Shown here: in pieces, positions 19,670 through 28,960 of the stretch | Position numbering within the stretch: the first letter of the stretch is position 1 | Layout of the letters: each line of letters begins with the position of its first letter | From: a virus | Lineage: Duplodnaviria > Caudoviricetes | Reading direction: 5' to 3' (one strand) | Length of the DNA stretch: 50,945 bases | IMG/VR virus record: IMGVR_UViG_3300024182_000004 | Location: 1-50,945 of that record | Notes under the pieces: generated by a model | The model's database searches: none | What the model saw: only the letters and a program-made list of their open reading frames with translations | What the model was told of the DNA's origin: nothing | Made by a program: the position numbers and the translations under genes

Positions 19670-20199
19670 CAGCGGTCCTCCTTCGTCTTCGCCAACAACG
19701 CGGCGATGCGCCTGTCTCGCTCAGCGATCTCCTCATCATTACGAATTATTTCTGCGGTCAACTGGAGGTTGCGTTCTTTGCGTTCCTCGATCTCGATATC
19801 CAGCTCCGCAACGCGCTGCTTGAGCGCGTCGATTTCGGCATCCTTTGCGGCGAATCCTCGTCCTGCCGCAGTGAGCGCTTCGGCCATGCTGTGACGACGG
19901 CCAGCACTATAGCCATAAGCGAAAGCAATCGGCAAACACGTTTCGACAGCAGGATGAGCAGCGCGGAAATGATCCCTACGGAACTCTTCGAACCCCTCCT
20001 CTACTGACTTCGCAACGGCGGCATCCTGCGCGGCGCGGGCTTTGATGAAGTCGCGGGCGGCAGTGAGTACGGCCATCTCACGATTGAATGCTGCCCGCTG
20101 CTCTTCCGGCAACCATCCTCGCAGCACTCCCTCGTGTGAGTTGATTTTGACATCGATCGCCGCAATCATCTCCTCGGGCGTGACGGTCGGCGGGGTCAT
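19669..20199 (-). CDS. Hypothetical coiled-coil protein
   Basis: Coupled ORF with C-terminal heptads. Confidence 0.6.
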   Translation of the reverse strand: MTPPTVTPEEMIAAIDVKINSHEGVLRGWLPEEQRAAFNREMAVLTAARDFIKARAAQDAAVAKSVEEGFEEFRRDHFRAAHPAVETCLPIAFAYGYSAGRRHSMAEALTAAGRGFAAKDAEIDALKQRVAELDIEIEERKERNLQLTAEIIRNDEEIAERDRRIAALLAKTKEDR

Positions 20200-20660
20200 G
20201 GCAACTCCCTGATTTCGATCTTCACCCCCGGCGCATCGAGCGCGTCGGAGTCTTCGTTGATGTAGACCTTCGCGAGACGGATGTATTCCACGATCCTGGC
20301 ATCATCCTCGTAGGCCCGCGCGTCGGTCAAGGCGTCCTCAGTTGACCTGGCGAGCTTGGAGAGGTCAGGGCGGCCGTGTGGGCGTGGCGGGGCGCTGGCT
20401 TTGACCTGGCCGGAGTTCTTGCCGCTTCCGAAGTGTCCAGCCGGCCGCGCGAAGGTGAAGACCATCGAGACTGCGACAGGGCCGGTGATCGGAAGGCCTC
20501 CGTCCCGCGCTGCGATGGCGGCGAACTTCACGGCCTCGCGCCAAGGCTTCAGCTTCTTTCCTTTGTCGTCATCCACGATGATCACGTAATGCTTTTTCGG
20601 ATGGACGAACCCTTTCTTAGAGCCCTGTGGCGTAGGTTGCCCGTACACGGTGATCTTCAA
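20196..20660 (-). CDS. rusA: RusA-family Holliday junction resolvase
   Basis: GQPTPQGSK, KPWR, RPDLSKLARSTEDAL and YEDDARIV motifs; TTG start after GGAGGTGA. Confidence 0.9.
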   Translation of the reverse strand: MKITVYGQPTPQGSKKGFVHPKKHYVIIVDDDKGKKLKPWREAVKFAAIAARDGGLPITGPVAVSMVFTFARPAGHFGSGKNSGQVKASAPPRPHGRPDLSKLARSTEDALTDARAYEDDARIVEYIRLAKVYINEDSDALDAPGVKIEIRELP

Positions 20661-20815
20661 ATTGTCACCTCCATGATGACTTTTCTTCGAGGGCCGAGAT
20701 TGCGCTGCCTCTCGCATACCCCGCAGATGACGTTGTCTTGCATGGCCGGTGCGCCGCAGATTTCACATCGCGACCCCCAGAGTTCGCGGAAGATTCGGCG
20801 CGCGAGCTTCTTCAT
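20657..20815 (-). CDS. Small Zn-finger protein
   Basis: CEIC...CGVC; coupled to neighbours. Confidence 0.55.
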   Translation of the reverse strand: MKKLARRIFRELWGSRCEICGAPAMQDNVICGVCERQRNLGPRRKVIMEVTI

Positions 20816-21690
20816 TTGCCTTCCCTCCTCAGACTCTTCCCGCTCACCAGCACCGAGATCGCAGCGCGTTTGTCGCTGAGGCGATCGCAAAGCAGCTCGA
20901 CGTTCTTCGTCTTCCGTGGATCGTCGACGTCCGACCACAGATCGAACAGCTCCTTGACCGAATAGTTGGAGCTGACCAGCGTCGGGCGGTTCGTTCGGTA
21001 CCGCTCGTCGACCACTTGCAGCAGAGTCGACACCTCCCATTCCGTCGGCGTCGTCTTCCGCGCGATGTCGTCGATGGCCAGCAGGGCACACCCAGCTAGG
21101 TCAGAGATCACCCGCGCCTCGCTCTGCGCCTTCTCGTCGGCGCTGTCTCCGAAGCCGGCCTTGATGTCCGACCACAGCTTTATCGGCGAGGTGAAGACGG
21201 CGCCGCGGCCGAGTTCACGGATCACGTAGGCGACCGCGGCCTCGAGCAGCCAAGTCTTCCCCGTTCCCTTCTCGCCGTGGAGGCAGAGGATCGAGGCGAT
21301 GCCCGAGGTCCGCAGCAGGGGCGGCACGTTGACGAAGTCTTTGACGATCTGCGCGATCTCGCGGTAGCGCTCAGGGTCAACGCCGCCTCTGATGCGCGTC
21401 TCGGCGTAGAGGTCCGGCAGGGTGTCCAGAGTGCGGCGGCCGGTCGCGGTCTCTCCGGAGAGGTTGGCGCCGGCGGTCAGGTTACGGCGGATGTGCTCGC
21501 GCTCGGAGTCGATGAAGAACTGAGTCCTTGCCTTTGCCGCCTGTTCACGCTCCACATCGCACCGGTCGCACCACAACGGACGCCATCGCGGTAGCCCGTC
21601 CTCGGCCCACGGAACCTCGTAGGACTCCTGCTCGATCTCGGCTTTGCAGTCGAGGCAGGGGGCGGTGCGGGTGGAGGGGGTGTCGGTCAT
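20812..21690 (-). CDS. DnaC/IstB-like AAA+ ATPase (helicase loader)
   Basis: N-terminal CxxC pairs; Walker A GEKGTGKT; Walker B LLAIDDI; VVDERYRTNRPTLVSSN; DRL. Confidence 0.88.
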   Translation of the reverse strand: MTDTPSTRTAPCLDCKAEIEQESYEVPWAEDGLPRWRPLWCDRCDVEREQAAKARTQFFIDSEREHIRRNLTAGANLSGETATGRRTLDTLPDLYAETRIRGGVDPERYREIAQIVKDFVNVPPLLRTSGIASILCLHGEKGTGKTWLLEAAVAYVIRELGRGAVFTSPIKLWSDIKAGFGDSADEKAQSEARVISDLAGCALLAIDDIARKTTPTEWEVSTLLQVVDERYRTNRPTLVSSNYSVKELFDLWSDVDDPRKTKNVELLCDRLSDKRAAISVLVSGKSLRREGK

Positions 21691-21887
21691 TTCGGTGCCA
21701 GCTTCTTTTCGATGCGCCTGTTTGCGTCGCGGATGTCGAACCACTCGCGTTCCCACCCGAAGCGAATCAAGCGAGAGAGGTTGCCTTTGCGGATGAAACG
21801 CGGACGCAGGATCGTCATCCACGCTGGGCCGATGGCGGACTCAAACATCGTCGCCCCACGAAAGGCGATCAGCGGCCCGATCCTCAT
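21687..21887 (-). CDS. Hypothetical protein
   Basis: ATGA-coupled between the two replication genes. Confidence 0.5.
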   Translation of the reverse strand: MRIGPLIAFRGATMFESAIGPAWMTILRPRFIRKGNLSRLIRFGWEREWFDIRDANRRIEKKLAPK

Positions 21888-22174
21888 CTCTCCGTCCCCT
21901 CGAAGTCCTGCCCGCCGACCGGGCGATGACCTCTCTGCGGCTCGACGTAATCGATCCAGTCGCGCCAGTTGTTGAACCACGTGCTGCCGTTCTGGACGAA
22001 GCCGTCGGCAACCCGGCGGCTCCCTTTGTAGTTTGCGAGGGCGCGGCGGATGGCGTCGACGTCGGCCATCGTCTTCACGCTCGCGGCGAAGTGTCTGGCC
22101 GCCGCTTTCTTTCCGACGCTGCCGGGGTACTCCTTCCAGAGCCCCTCGAAGATGGCCGAGAAGGTGGCGTCCAT
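21884..22174 (-). CDS. Replication-initiator C-terminal-domain-like protein (stand-alone, 96 aa)
   Basis: FEGLWKEYPGSVGKKAA...FVQNGSTWFN pattern; upstream of the DnaC-like gene. Confidence 0.7.
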   Translation of the reverse strand: MDATFSAIFEGLWKEYPGSVGKKAAARHFAASVKTMADVDAIRRALANYKGSRRVADGFVQNGSTWFNNWRDWIDYVEPQRGHRPVGGQDFEGTER

Positions 22175-22461
22175 CAGAACGGCGCTCCTTCCTCGTCTTC
22201 CGGCGACGATCTCTGCGCCGAGGCGAGCGTGATGCTGTCGATGTTCGAATAGCGTCCGCTGCTTTCGTAGTCGATGATGAGTGGACGACTCTCTTCTACT
22301 GCGCGATCACAGATTTTGGCGTGCGCCTCGCGAAACACGCATGCCTCGAAACCGTTGGTCAGCTTCAGATTCCAGTATGGCTTCCCCTTTTTCGTAAGCT
22401 TCTCGGACTTGGCGAAGCGAAGAACGTAGCCGGTGACGGAGAGGAGGTTTTTATCGCTCAT
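22174..22461 (-). CDS. Putative OB-fold ssDNA-binding protein
   Basis: TKKGKPYWNLKL beta pattern; acidic tail EDEEGAPF. Confidence 0.55.
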   Translation of the reverse strand: MSDKNLLSVTGYVLRFAKSEKLTKKGKPYWNLKLTNGFEACVFREAHAKICDRAVEESRPLIIDYESSGRYSNIDSITLASAQRSSPEDEEGAPF

Positions 22462-23798
22462 CGCTCCGGCTCCTGCATGCCGCGATGGTCGCCGCGTTTC
22501 ACCGACCCGTCTTCGATCACGAAGCCGACCGTTCCGCTGGAGTCGACGCGCTCGATCCAGACCTGATACGGGGGTTCTGCGCCCGCCGCCATCGCTTCGA
22601 TCTGCGCAAGCGAGTCATCGTCCAGCAGCGAGCCGTCGCGCATGAGGATGACGCGCAGCTCCGGGTTCGCGGCCATCGCGATCGCCACGCTGACCTTCAT
22701 CTGCTCGGACGCGCTGGCCTGATCGAACGGGACGCCGTTGAACATCACGACGCCGTCGCCGACCGAAAGACCTTCGATGGGATACTTCGCGGCGGACAGA
22801 GCGTCGGACTTCTGTTTGTCGCGGGCCTCCATCTGCGCGGTCAGGGTTTCGGATTCCGCTTCGGCAGAGGCGGCGGCATCCTCCAGCTCCTTCTTCTTCG
22901 TTGCCGCGTTCCTCGCTGTCTCGATCTGACGGTTCCGCTCTTTCGCCGCTTCGAGTTCGGAGCGAAGAGCAGAGACGTCGATCGGCTCAGGGACCGCAGG
23001 GAGCGCTTCGATCTTCCTTTGCAACTCTTCCGCCGCGCTACGGTAGCGAGCCGCCTCCTCGTCTGCCTCGTCTGCGAGTTTGCGATATCGCTCGGCGCTC
23101 GACTCGCATCGGAGCACCTCGGCGCGGGCCGTATCGAGCGATGCATCCATCGAGATCCGGTTGGCCTTCTGCGTCTCGATGCGCGCGTTCGAAGCGCCAG
23201 CTTCCTGCATCTGATCGATCAGCGCGTCCTCGTCGATCGGCTCGGCAGGCACGCCAATAGGCACGATCACCGCCGCCGCCTGCGCGCGTTTAGCTCGCGC
23301 CTCGCGGTTGATCTCCGTCCGCTTCGCGTAGTCGGTGCGGTTCAGACCGTCGAGTTGCGCGAGATCGACGCCGATCGGAAAGACGCGAAGGAACTCGTCA
23401 AACTGCCGCTTGGAGTCCATCCGCGCGAACTCGCCGGGGTCGAAGGAGAGGTGCGCTTTGAGCGCGTTGAGGATCGTCTGCGCCCCGCCGGGAGGCGTGA
23501 ATCCCTTCTCGGTGGTGACGTGCAGTTCGCTCTTGTCGCCGGAGAATTTGCGCTCGACGATAAGCTCAATCTCCTTGCCCTCTCCGAGGCTGGCCTTGAT
23601 GCGCCCCTTCGTCTGCCCCTTTCGCAGAGGCTTCGACTGGATGCCCTTCGTCCCGTCGATCAGCCACTGGATCGAATCGAGGAGTGAGGACTTGCCGGCG
23701 CCGTTCTTGCCGGAGATGGTGACGACGTTCCCCTCCGGCGTGATCTCGACCGCGACGAGGCGTTTGACGTTTTCGGCGGTCAACTGGATGATTCTCAT
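22458..23798 (-). CDS. SMC/SbcC-like ABC ATPase with coiled coil
   Basis: MRIIQLTAENVKRL; Walker A GKNGAGKSS; signature-like ASASEQ; VILMRDGSLLD. Confidence 0.85.
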   Translation of the reverse strand: MRIIQLTAENVKRLVAVEITPEGNVVTISGKNGAGKSSLLDSIQWLIDGTKGIQSKPLRKGQTKGRIKASLGEGKEIELIVERKFSGDKSELHVTTEKGFTPPGGAQTILNALKAHLSFDPGEFARMDSKRQFDEFLRVFPIGVDLAQLDGLNRTDYAKRTEINREARAKRAQAAAVIVPIGVPAEPIDEDALIDQMQEAGASNARIETQKANRISMDASLDTARAEVLRCESSAERYRKLADEADEEAARYRSAAEELQRKIEALPAVPEPIDVSALRSELEAAKERNRQIETARNAATKKKELEDAAASAEAESETLTAQMEARDKQKSDALSAAKYPIEGLSVGDGVVMFNGVPFDQASASEQMKVSVAIAMAANPELRVILMRDGSLLDDDSLAQIEAMAAGAEPPYQVWIERVDSSGTVGFVIEDGSVKRGDHRGMQEPER

Positions 23799-24922
23799 CG
23801 ACCCTCCTCCTTCTGCAGATACTCCTCGATCGACGTGGCCCATTCGATCTTCTCGGTGAGTGCGGCGGTCAGGTCGCTGAGCTTCTGCAGCTTCCCTCCG
23901 GTCGCGGCCGAGAGTTCGAGATCGGCCTTCTTCTTGTTGCCGGCGACCAGGGCCAGCAGCCGGCGCTCGAAGTCGGCCGCCAGCTTGTCGGCGTACCCTT
24001 CGTTGCCGTCCTCGGGCTCGGGTTCCTTCTCTTCCGGCTCGGGCTTGACGTCGATCACGGGCTCGGGGCCCTGCTGCTTTTTGAGCTTGTCGGCGACCTT
24101 GGCCGTGGCGGACTTCGGCGCCTCGGGCCCAGGAATTGGTTCTTCCGGCATGAGGTCGGTCGCCAGATCCTGCGCCTCCCCGGCGTCGTAGCGGTCGTCC
24201 AGGTCCAGCGCCCTCACCAGCTCGATCGACGCCGGGCAGAGCTTCGTGCAGCGACGGACGGCGGTCTTGATGGCCATCGCGGCGTAGTCGGAGACCCACG
24301 GGCCGAAGTCTTTGGCTTTGGAGCGCGCCCGTACTGCGTCGATCTGTCTCCTTGTGAGGACGATCGGCTGATATCCGCCGTCGAGGAACCGGATGATGCA
24401 GTAGGCGTGGGTCAGCATCTTGTCGTCCGGCTCGACGATAGAGACGTGCTCGAACTTGTCTTCCGTCAGGCCGATGGAGTAGGAGAACGTGTCGCCTTGG
24501 TACACCGCCGCGGCGATGACGCTCTTGACGGCGGCAGAGCGCCGCACGAGGTCGACGAGGCCCTGATACCCGGGGATGAGCTGCGCCTCCATGCGGTAGC
24601 TCTCGCGGCCCGACACGGGGTCTTTGACCTTGTTGTTGAACGGCACGAGGTAGGCGCGGCCGAGCGCGAAAGTGAGACCCAAACTCGCCGCCTCGACGAT
24701 CGCCCGCATGACGCTGAGGGGATGACACTCCATCAGCTTCGGAGAGCGGTACATCGCCGAGAGAGCTGTCCTGGCCACGGACTCAGGGGTGATCCCGATC
24801 CGCGGCATGGCCGAGGTGATGGCCGGGAGGTTCTTCTGAACGAATTTCTTCCAGCTATCAGGGGTGGAGAAGGGGGCGACGGCGGTTGATTCCTTCGTCG
24901 CGAGGTCGGTCGGCTCAGCCAC
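23795..24922 (-). CDS. recT: RecT-family single-strand annealing protein
   Basis: EAASLGL, AYLVPF, AQLIPGYQGLVDLVRRS, GPWVSDYAAMAIKTAVRR motifs. Confidence 0.92.
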   Translation of the reverse strand: MAEPTDLATKESTAVAPFSTPDSWKKFVQKNLPAITSAMPRIGITPESVARTALSAMYRSPKLMECHPLSVMRAIVEAASLGLTFALGRAYLVPFNNKVKDPVSGRESYRMEAQLIPGYQGLVDLVRRSAAVKSVIAAAVYQGDTFSYSIGLTEDKFEHVSIVEPDDKMLTHAYCIIRFLDGGYQPIVLTRRQIDAVRARSKAKDFGPWVSDYAAMAIKTAVRRCTKLCPASIELVRALDLDDRYDAGEAQDLATDLMPEEPIPGPEAPKSATAKVADKLKKQQGPEPVIDVKPEPEEKEPEPEDGNEGYADKLAADFERRLLALVAGNKKKADLELSAATGGKLQKLSDLTAALTEKIEWATSIEEYLQKEEGR

Positions 24923-25403
24923 GTTCCACCACCTTTTCGGTCTTGCGCGTTTCGGTGCGGAACTTGCGGGCCTCGCGGAGGCGGAGGATGCGCTCGCCTT
25001 CGCGGTAGGCGTCGGTTTCGTAGACCGATTCGCGGGCGGCGTCTCGAACGCGATTACTCGCGTCAAGTCGGTAGTCGTTTTCCTTTCTTGCCTGAATGCC
25101 CCCGAACTCCCTGAGGTACTGCGCCGCATCAGCCAGCACCGTGCAGATGACCGGAGCGCCGCCGAAGTTGTACGACTCCTCGCGCAGCACGTCTAGCGCC
25201 TGCGCCGCCGACCAGATGTCGGTGGAGTGGGGGCGGGCATCGAGAATGCCCTGCGTCGCCATGACCTCGGATGCCGTGCGGGAATCGGCTTTCGGATCCT
25301 CTGGCCGGAACGGTGGTGTCTTGCTCTTGAACACCGCCTCCAGTAGACGTTTCGACCCCGCTATCTCATTCGCCGCTTGTGATTTGTCTTTGCTTGAAGC
25401 CAT
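24915..25403 (-). CDS. Hypothetical protein
   Basis: AAGGAG SD; lies between the exonuclease and RecT genes. Confidence 0.6.
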   Translation of the reverse strand: MASSKDKSQAANEIAGSKRLLEAVFKSKTPPFRPEDPKADSRTASEVMATQGILDARPHSTDIWSAAQALDVLREESYNFGGAPVICTVLADAAQYLREFGGIQARKENDYRLDASNRVRDAARESVYETDAYREGERILRLREARKFRTETRKTEKVVERG

Positions 25404-26433
25404 CGAGAATCTCCTTCCTCTTCTCTCTTCGGTTGTTGTTCCCCACGACCACGTCGAGAACGATCGACTCCTCGACGTCGTAGGCGTTGACGTGGTAGGC
25501 GGCGCGCGTCTTGCGGCGGATGGCCAGGCCACCCATTCCGTCGATCTCCACGCGCCCGGCTTCCTCTGCGATGTTCATCAGCTCCGCGTTCGCCGCCGCA
25601 AATCGAGCCTCGGCTGTGTCCTTGAGCGCCGCAGCTTCGTCTCGCTCGGCGATGAGCGAAACGATCGTGTGCTCGGATGACGGTAGGCGGTAGTCGGCCG
25701 GCACGTACACCGTCGACCCCGAGACCTTGTTCCAGATGCGGCGCTGGAGCTCGACGGCGTTCTTCGCTGAGTAGTCGAATGGCGGCGGCTTGCGCTCGAG
25801 CACGAGCTGCCAGAATTCGGTAAGGCGCTGGATGATGACGCCGGCGAGCTCCTCGTCGTAGGGGATGTGGAAGGTCCTGAAGTCGTTCCCTCCGATCAGC
25901 ACAGCGAAGTCGCCGAGGGTGAATCCGTCGTGCCGGCGGACGATGAGGTAGACCAGGAGCTGCACGAGATACCAGTCCGGAACTTCGTCGGATCCGTCCG
26001 CGCCCCACATCGCCGTGCGGTGCTGCACCCATGCGTCCATGGTCTTCGCCTCGACGATCCGTTTGTCGCCGTGAGGTGTGACCACGTCGCCGTCGAGGGT
26101 GCCGCCAATGAACGGCAGCTCGGGGTGTCGATAGAGAGTCAGGCCCGGCCGCCGCACCTCGTAGCCGGTGACGTCCTGGTATTCGTCGAGGACAACGCGC
26201 TCAAGGCGTTTCCCCCAACGAGTGAACCGATTCTCCATCTCTGGATCGATCGTCTCGTCGCCGGAGTCCAGCCGGTCGCGAGCCTGAACCTTCTCGATCC
26301 AGACCTCGCCGGGGCTGCGGTAGGGGGAGAGCCCGAGGATCGCCGCGGCGTCGCTACCTCCGATGTACGTGCCTCGCAGCCGCTTCCACTCGTCGAAGGT
26401 CGCGCAGGGGGTGATGAGGGGGAGGTCGGTCAT
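25366..26433 (-). CDS. YqaJ-like (lambda exonuclease family) recombination nuclease
   Basis: IGGSDAAAILGLSPY, WGKRLE, TLDG, VEAKT, VPDWYLVQ motifs. Confidence 0.92.
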   Translation of the reverse strand: MTDLPLITPCATFDEWKRLRGTYIGGSDAAAILGLSPYRSPGEVWIEKVQARDRLDSGDETIDPEMENRFTRWGKRLERVVLDEYQDVTGYEVRRPGLTLYRHPELPFIGGTLDGDVVTPHGDKRIVEAKTMDAWVQHRTAMWGADGSDEVPDWYLVQLLVYLIVRRHDGFTLGDFAVLIGGNDFRTFHIPYDEELAGVIIQRLTEFWQLVLERKPPPFDYSAKNAVELQRRIWNKVSGSTVYVPADYRLPSSEHTIVSLIAERDEAAALKDTAEARFAAANAELMNIAEEAGRVEIDGMGGLAIRRKTRAAYHVNAYDVEESIVLDVVVGNNNRREKRKEILDGFKQRQITSGE

Positions 26434-26702
26434 GACACCTCCTGCGGCGGTTCCGGCAGCGGCATCCACGCAATAGGCTTCGTTGCTTTGTCGAAGAGGC
26501 GGCCGTTCCAGAAATACCAGCCGCGATCAATAGGGGGGTGGTCTTCGATGCAATGACCACCTTGCATGAAGTGACCGACCAACATGCAGCCCGGAACTCC
26601 GGCGCGGAGTTCTACCGCGAGGATGATTTCACGGCCATTCCGTGGCGCGGTCTCCATCGGTTGCCATTCGCTGGCTACCCGTGCTACTTTCTCTTCCGCC
26701 AT
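26430..26702 (-). CDS. DUF551-like phage protein
   Basis: WQPMETAP...WMPLPEPP. Confidence 0.8.
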   Translation of the reverse strand: MAEEKVARVASEWQPMETAPRNGREIILAVELRAGVPGCMLVGHFMQGGHCIEDHPPIDRGWYFWNGRLFDKATKPIAWMPLPEPPQEVS

Positions 26703-26723
26703 TGTTCACCTCCGGGTTGATTT

Positions 26724-26761
26724 GAAGGGCGCGGTAAACCTTGACCGGGACCGCGCCCTTC
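26724..26761 (-). terminator. Stem-loop after the 26772 gene
   Basis: GAAGGGCGCGGT...ACCGCGCCCTTC 12-bp stem. Confidence 0.55.
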
Positions 26762-26771
26762 GTGTTTTTGC

Positions 26772-27344
26772 TCACTGAATCGTGATCGTCATGAAGCCCT
26801 GGACGTTCGGATTGCTGATGTCGGTCACGGTGACCGTCGACGTCCCGAGGCCATGGCTCAACATCTGGAACACGTGAACGCCGTGGTCGACGTTCGGATC
26901 GAACGTGTACTGTGATGGCAGGCCCGCGAGCGTGCCGGGCGCCTGTGTGGTGAAGTTGACCGAGCCGGCGTAACCCTGCACGATCTGGCCGCTGGCGTCG
27001 ATAGCTGCGACCTGGAAGGCGAAGGTGCTCTGGAGCGGATGCGGAGATCCGCCCTGCGGGTCGAGGACGCGGAAGGCGACGACGGTTCCCGCGGGTTGCG
27101 GGGCCGGAGTCGGAGGCGGCGGTATGGGAGCCGAAACCGGTGTCTCCGGCGGAACAGCCGCCACGGCCGCGGCGAGCGCATCGGCATTCTGGTTCATCTG
27201 CGCGACCACCTGCTCGATCCTGATCGGGTCGTCCTTCGCGTCGAGGACTTGGCCGCCGAAGCCTTTGATGAGCGAGAGCGCCCCGTTGATGACGGTCGTC
27301 TCTTTTTGAACTGCTGCCGTTAGATCGTCTACTGCTTTAGACAT
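26772..27344 (-). CDS. Helical N-domain, Pro linker and Ig-like domain protein
   Basis: DDLTAAV...LAAAVAA helices; PPPPTPAP linker; YAGSVNFTT...LPSQYTF...GVHVF Ig-like motif; possible upstream ACG start at 27416. Confidence 0.75.
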   Translation of the reverse strand: MSKAVDDLTAAVQKETTVINGALSLIKGFGGQVLDAKDDPIRIEQVVAQMNQNADALAAAVAAVPPETPVSAPIPPPPTPAPQPAGTVVAFRVLDPQGGSPHPLQSTFAFQVAAIDASGQIVQGYAGSVNFTTQAPGTLAGLPSQYTFDPNVDHGVHVFQMLSHGLGTSTVTVTDISNPNVQGFMTITIQ

Positions 27345-27440
27345 CTGCTTTTCTCCTTCGTTCTCGTTGATGATGATGATCGTGACGTGACTGCCGATGA
27401 TGGAAATGGTTTCCGTGGTTCACCTCCTCGGCTGAGGATT

Positions 27441-27821
27441 CTACTCTCCACGCGCCGCGCGCTTGTTCTCTTCTTTCTGCGCCCGGACGCTGAACTCTCG
27501 ATCGATTCGTTTGAGGGCGAGAAGCATCGAGCGCTGCGGCTTTCGGCCCGGCGGGATGCGTCCGGCCATGCCCTGCCGATACCTCCAGAGCGTGTACCGC
27601 GTGACCTGGAGAATCTTCGCCTTCTCATCCTCGGTGCCGGGGTTCGGCTCGCGAAGGTCAAGGCCGCGGTGGTGTTTCGCCCCGCACCCCGGACACGACA
27701 AGTGCTGCTGTTTGGTTGCCCATCGGCAGGGCTTTCCGCAGCCGCACTTGAAGGTCCGAGACGAGACGTCATGGTAGGTCGATCCACGTTTCTTCTGAGC
27801 TGATGATCGGTGTCTGCGCAT
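27441..27821 (-). CDS. Zn-ribbon plus HTH-like putative regulator
   Basis: CGCG...CPGC and AKILQVTRYTLWRY. Confidence 0.6.
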   Translation of the reverse strand: MRRHRSSAQKKRGSTYHDVSSRTFKCGCGKPCRWATKQQHLSCPGCGAKHHRGLDLREPNPGTEDEKAKILQVTRYTLWRYRQGMAGRIPPGRKPQRSMLLALKRIDREFSVRAQKEENKRAARGE

Positions 27822-27825
27822 CTGA

Positions 27826-27862
27826 GGCGCGAAGTGTAACCGAGTTGCGCGACCCGAGTCAA
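27826..27862 (-). promoter_or_regulatory. Sigma70-like promoter, motif copy 4
   Basis: TTGACT-N18-TACACT-TCGCGCC on the minus strand. Confidence 0.75.
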
Positions 27863-28039
27863 ACGTAGTTTGCGTGAACGGGGCAGGGGAGTTCGCCGTC
27901 GCCGTGAAAACATTCGCCAGCGCCTCGGCACATGTCGTCGATGCAGATCACCAAGGTAACCGGTGCCGTCGCAGATACAGCGCGGATCATCATCGTCCAT
28001 CGGATCGTCGTCGAGGTCGAGAAACTGTTCGTCATTCAT
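27859..28039 (-). pseudogene. Frameshifted small Cys-rich protein
   Basis: MNDEQF...CICDGTGY then, after removing one base near 27955, LVICIDDMCRGAGECFHGDGELPCPVHANYV*; span is 181 nt (3n+1). Confidence 0.6.
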
Positions 28040-28242
28040 GACTCTCCCCTTTTCGCAATCTCCTCGACGAGCGCGGCCATGTCGGCGGTCGCGACCAGGG
28101 CATCGAGAACGAGGGAGCGCGATACGCTGCGCCCCGTCTTCTCTCTCAGCTGAATGGTTGCCTCGACGATGGCGAGGTAGTGGTGGTTCTGCAACGTGCA
28201 GGCGAACTTGATGGACGGCTCGGGGACTCCGGTTTCTCTCAT
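28036..28242 (-). CDS. Ribbon-helix-helix-like small DNA-binding protein
   Basis: KFACTL strand, helix, VSRSLVLDALV. Confidence 0.5.
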   Translation of the reverse strand: MRETGVPEPSIKFACTLQNHHYLAIVEATIQLREKTGRSVSRSLVLDALVATADMAALVEEIAKRGES

Positions 28243-28727
28243 TTCGCGCGCTCCAGTATTTCTTCCGGCAGGGCATCTACCCTGACCATGTGAGTGATTT
28301 CGCTTTTCATTTCAAAGCACAATCCGCAGATGAGTAGCGATGCCCGCGTACCTCGCGCGATCTGCTGGCAGTCGGGGCATTGGAACTTCAGAAGCCGCGT
28401 CTTGCTCGCCTTCACGGCCGCCCGCTCGATTGCAGAATTCGACGGCTGAGCACGGCCATGCACGATAGACGGAGTGAAGAGAGTCTCGAGAAGGTCCAGA
28501 CACTCCACTGTCGACACTCGCCGCGACGTGAAGCCGCGATCCCAGAGGAGCTCGCCTACTTCATCGATCGTGCGGCCGGCTTTGCGGCAGTAGCGGAGTC
28601 TGGTCCCTACGTTGCTGAATAGCTGGCGGCACTCCGCAGGGAACAGGGGGTCCACTCGGACCCCTTGCTCTCGAATCGCTTCGAGGACGAGGCGCATGTC
28701 GTCGACGATCAGGACTTGCGCGTTCAC
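28239..28727 (-). CDS. Hypothetical protein with C-terminal Zn ribbon
   Basis: GTG start after GGAG; KFQCPDC...LICGLC. Confidence 0.6.
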   Translation of the reverse strand: MNAQVLIVDDMRLVLEAIREQGVRVDPLFPAECRQLFSNVGTRLRYCRKAGRTIDEVGELLWDRGFTSRRVSTVECLDLLETLFTPSIVHGRAQPSNSAIERAAVKASKTRLLKFQCPDCQQIARGTRASLLICGLCFEMKSEITHMVRVDALPEEILERAK

Positions 28728-28960
28728 GGCCTGATCTCCGGCGTTTCCGCTCCGCAGAACGTACAGCAGTGCTCGACGTCGCCGAAGATGTCTTTCTGCC
28801 ATCCGGACTCGGGATGTAGACACGCCGGCGCCGGCACGACCTGGGCCGGCGGAGGGGCAAAGAGCATGCTCTGTACCGCCCTCGGTTGCTGAGCGTGCAG
28901 GGTGATGCGGAACGATGGCGCACGTCCGTCGAAGTGGCCGCGGGCGATGGACGCGCTCAC
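28724..28960 (-). CDS. Hypothetical protein
   Basis: GTG start inside a 16-bp junction repeat; CLH...CTFC. Confidence 0.5.
   Translation of the reverse strand: MSASIARGHFDGRAPSFRITLHAQQPRAVQSMLFAPPPAQVVPAPACLHPESGWQKDIFGDVEHCCTFCGAETPEIRP

Noticed and set aside
22458-24728. 756-aa fusion ORF from the track
   Set aside because: The first 310 codons overlap recT in another frame; the real start is 23798 after AGGAGG
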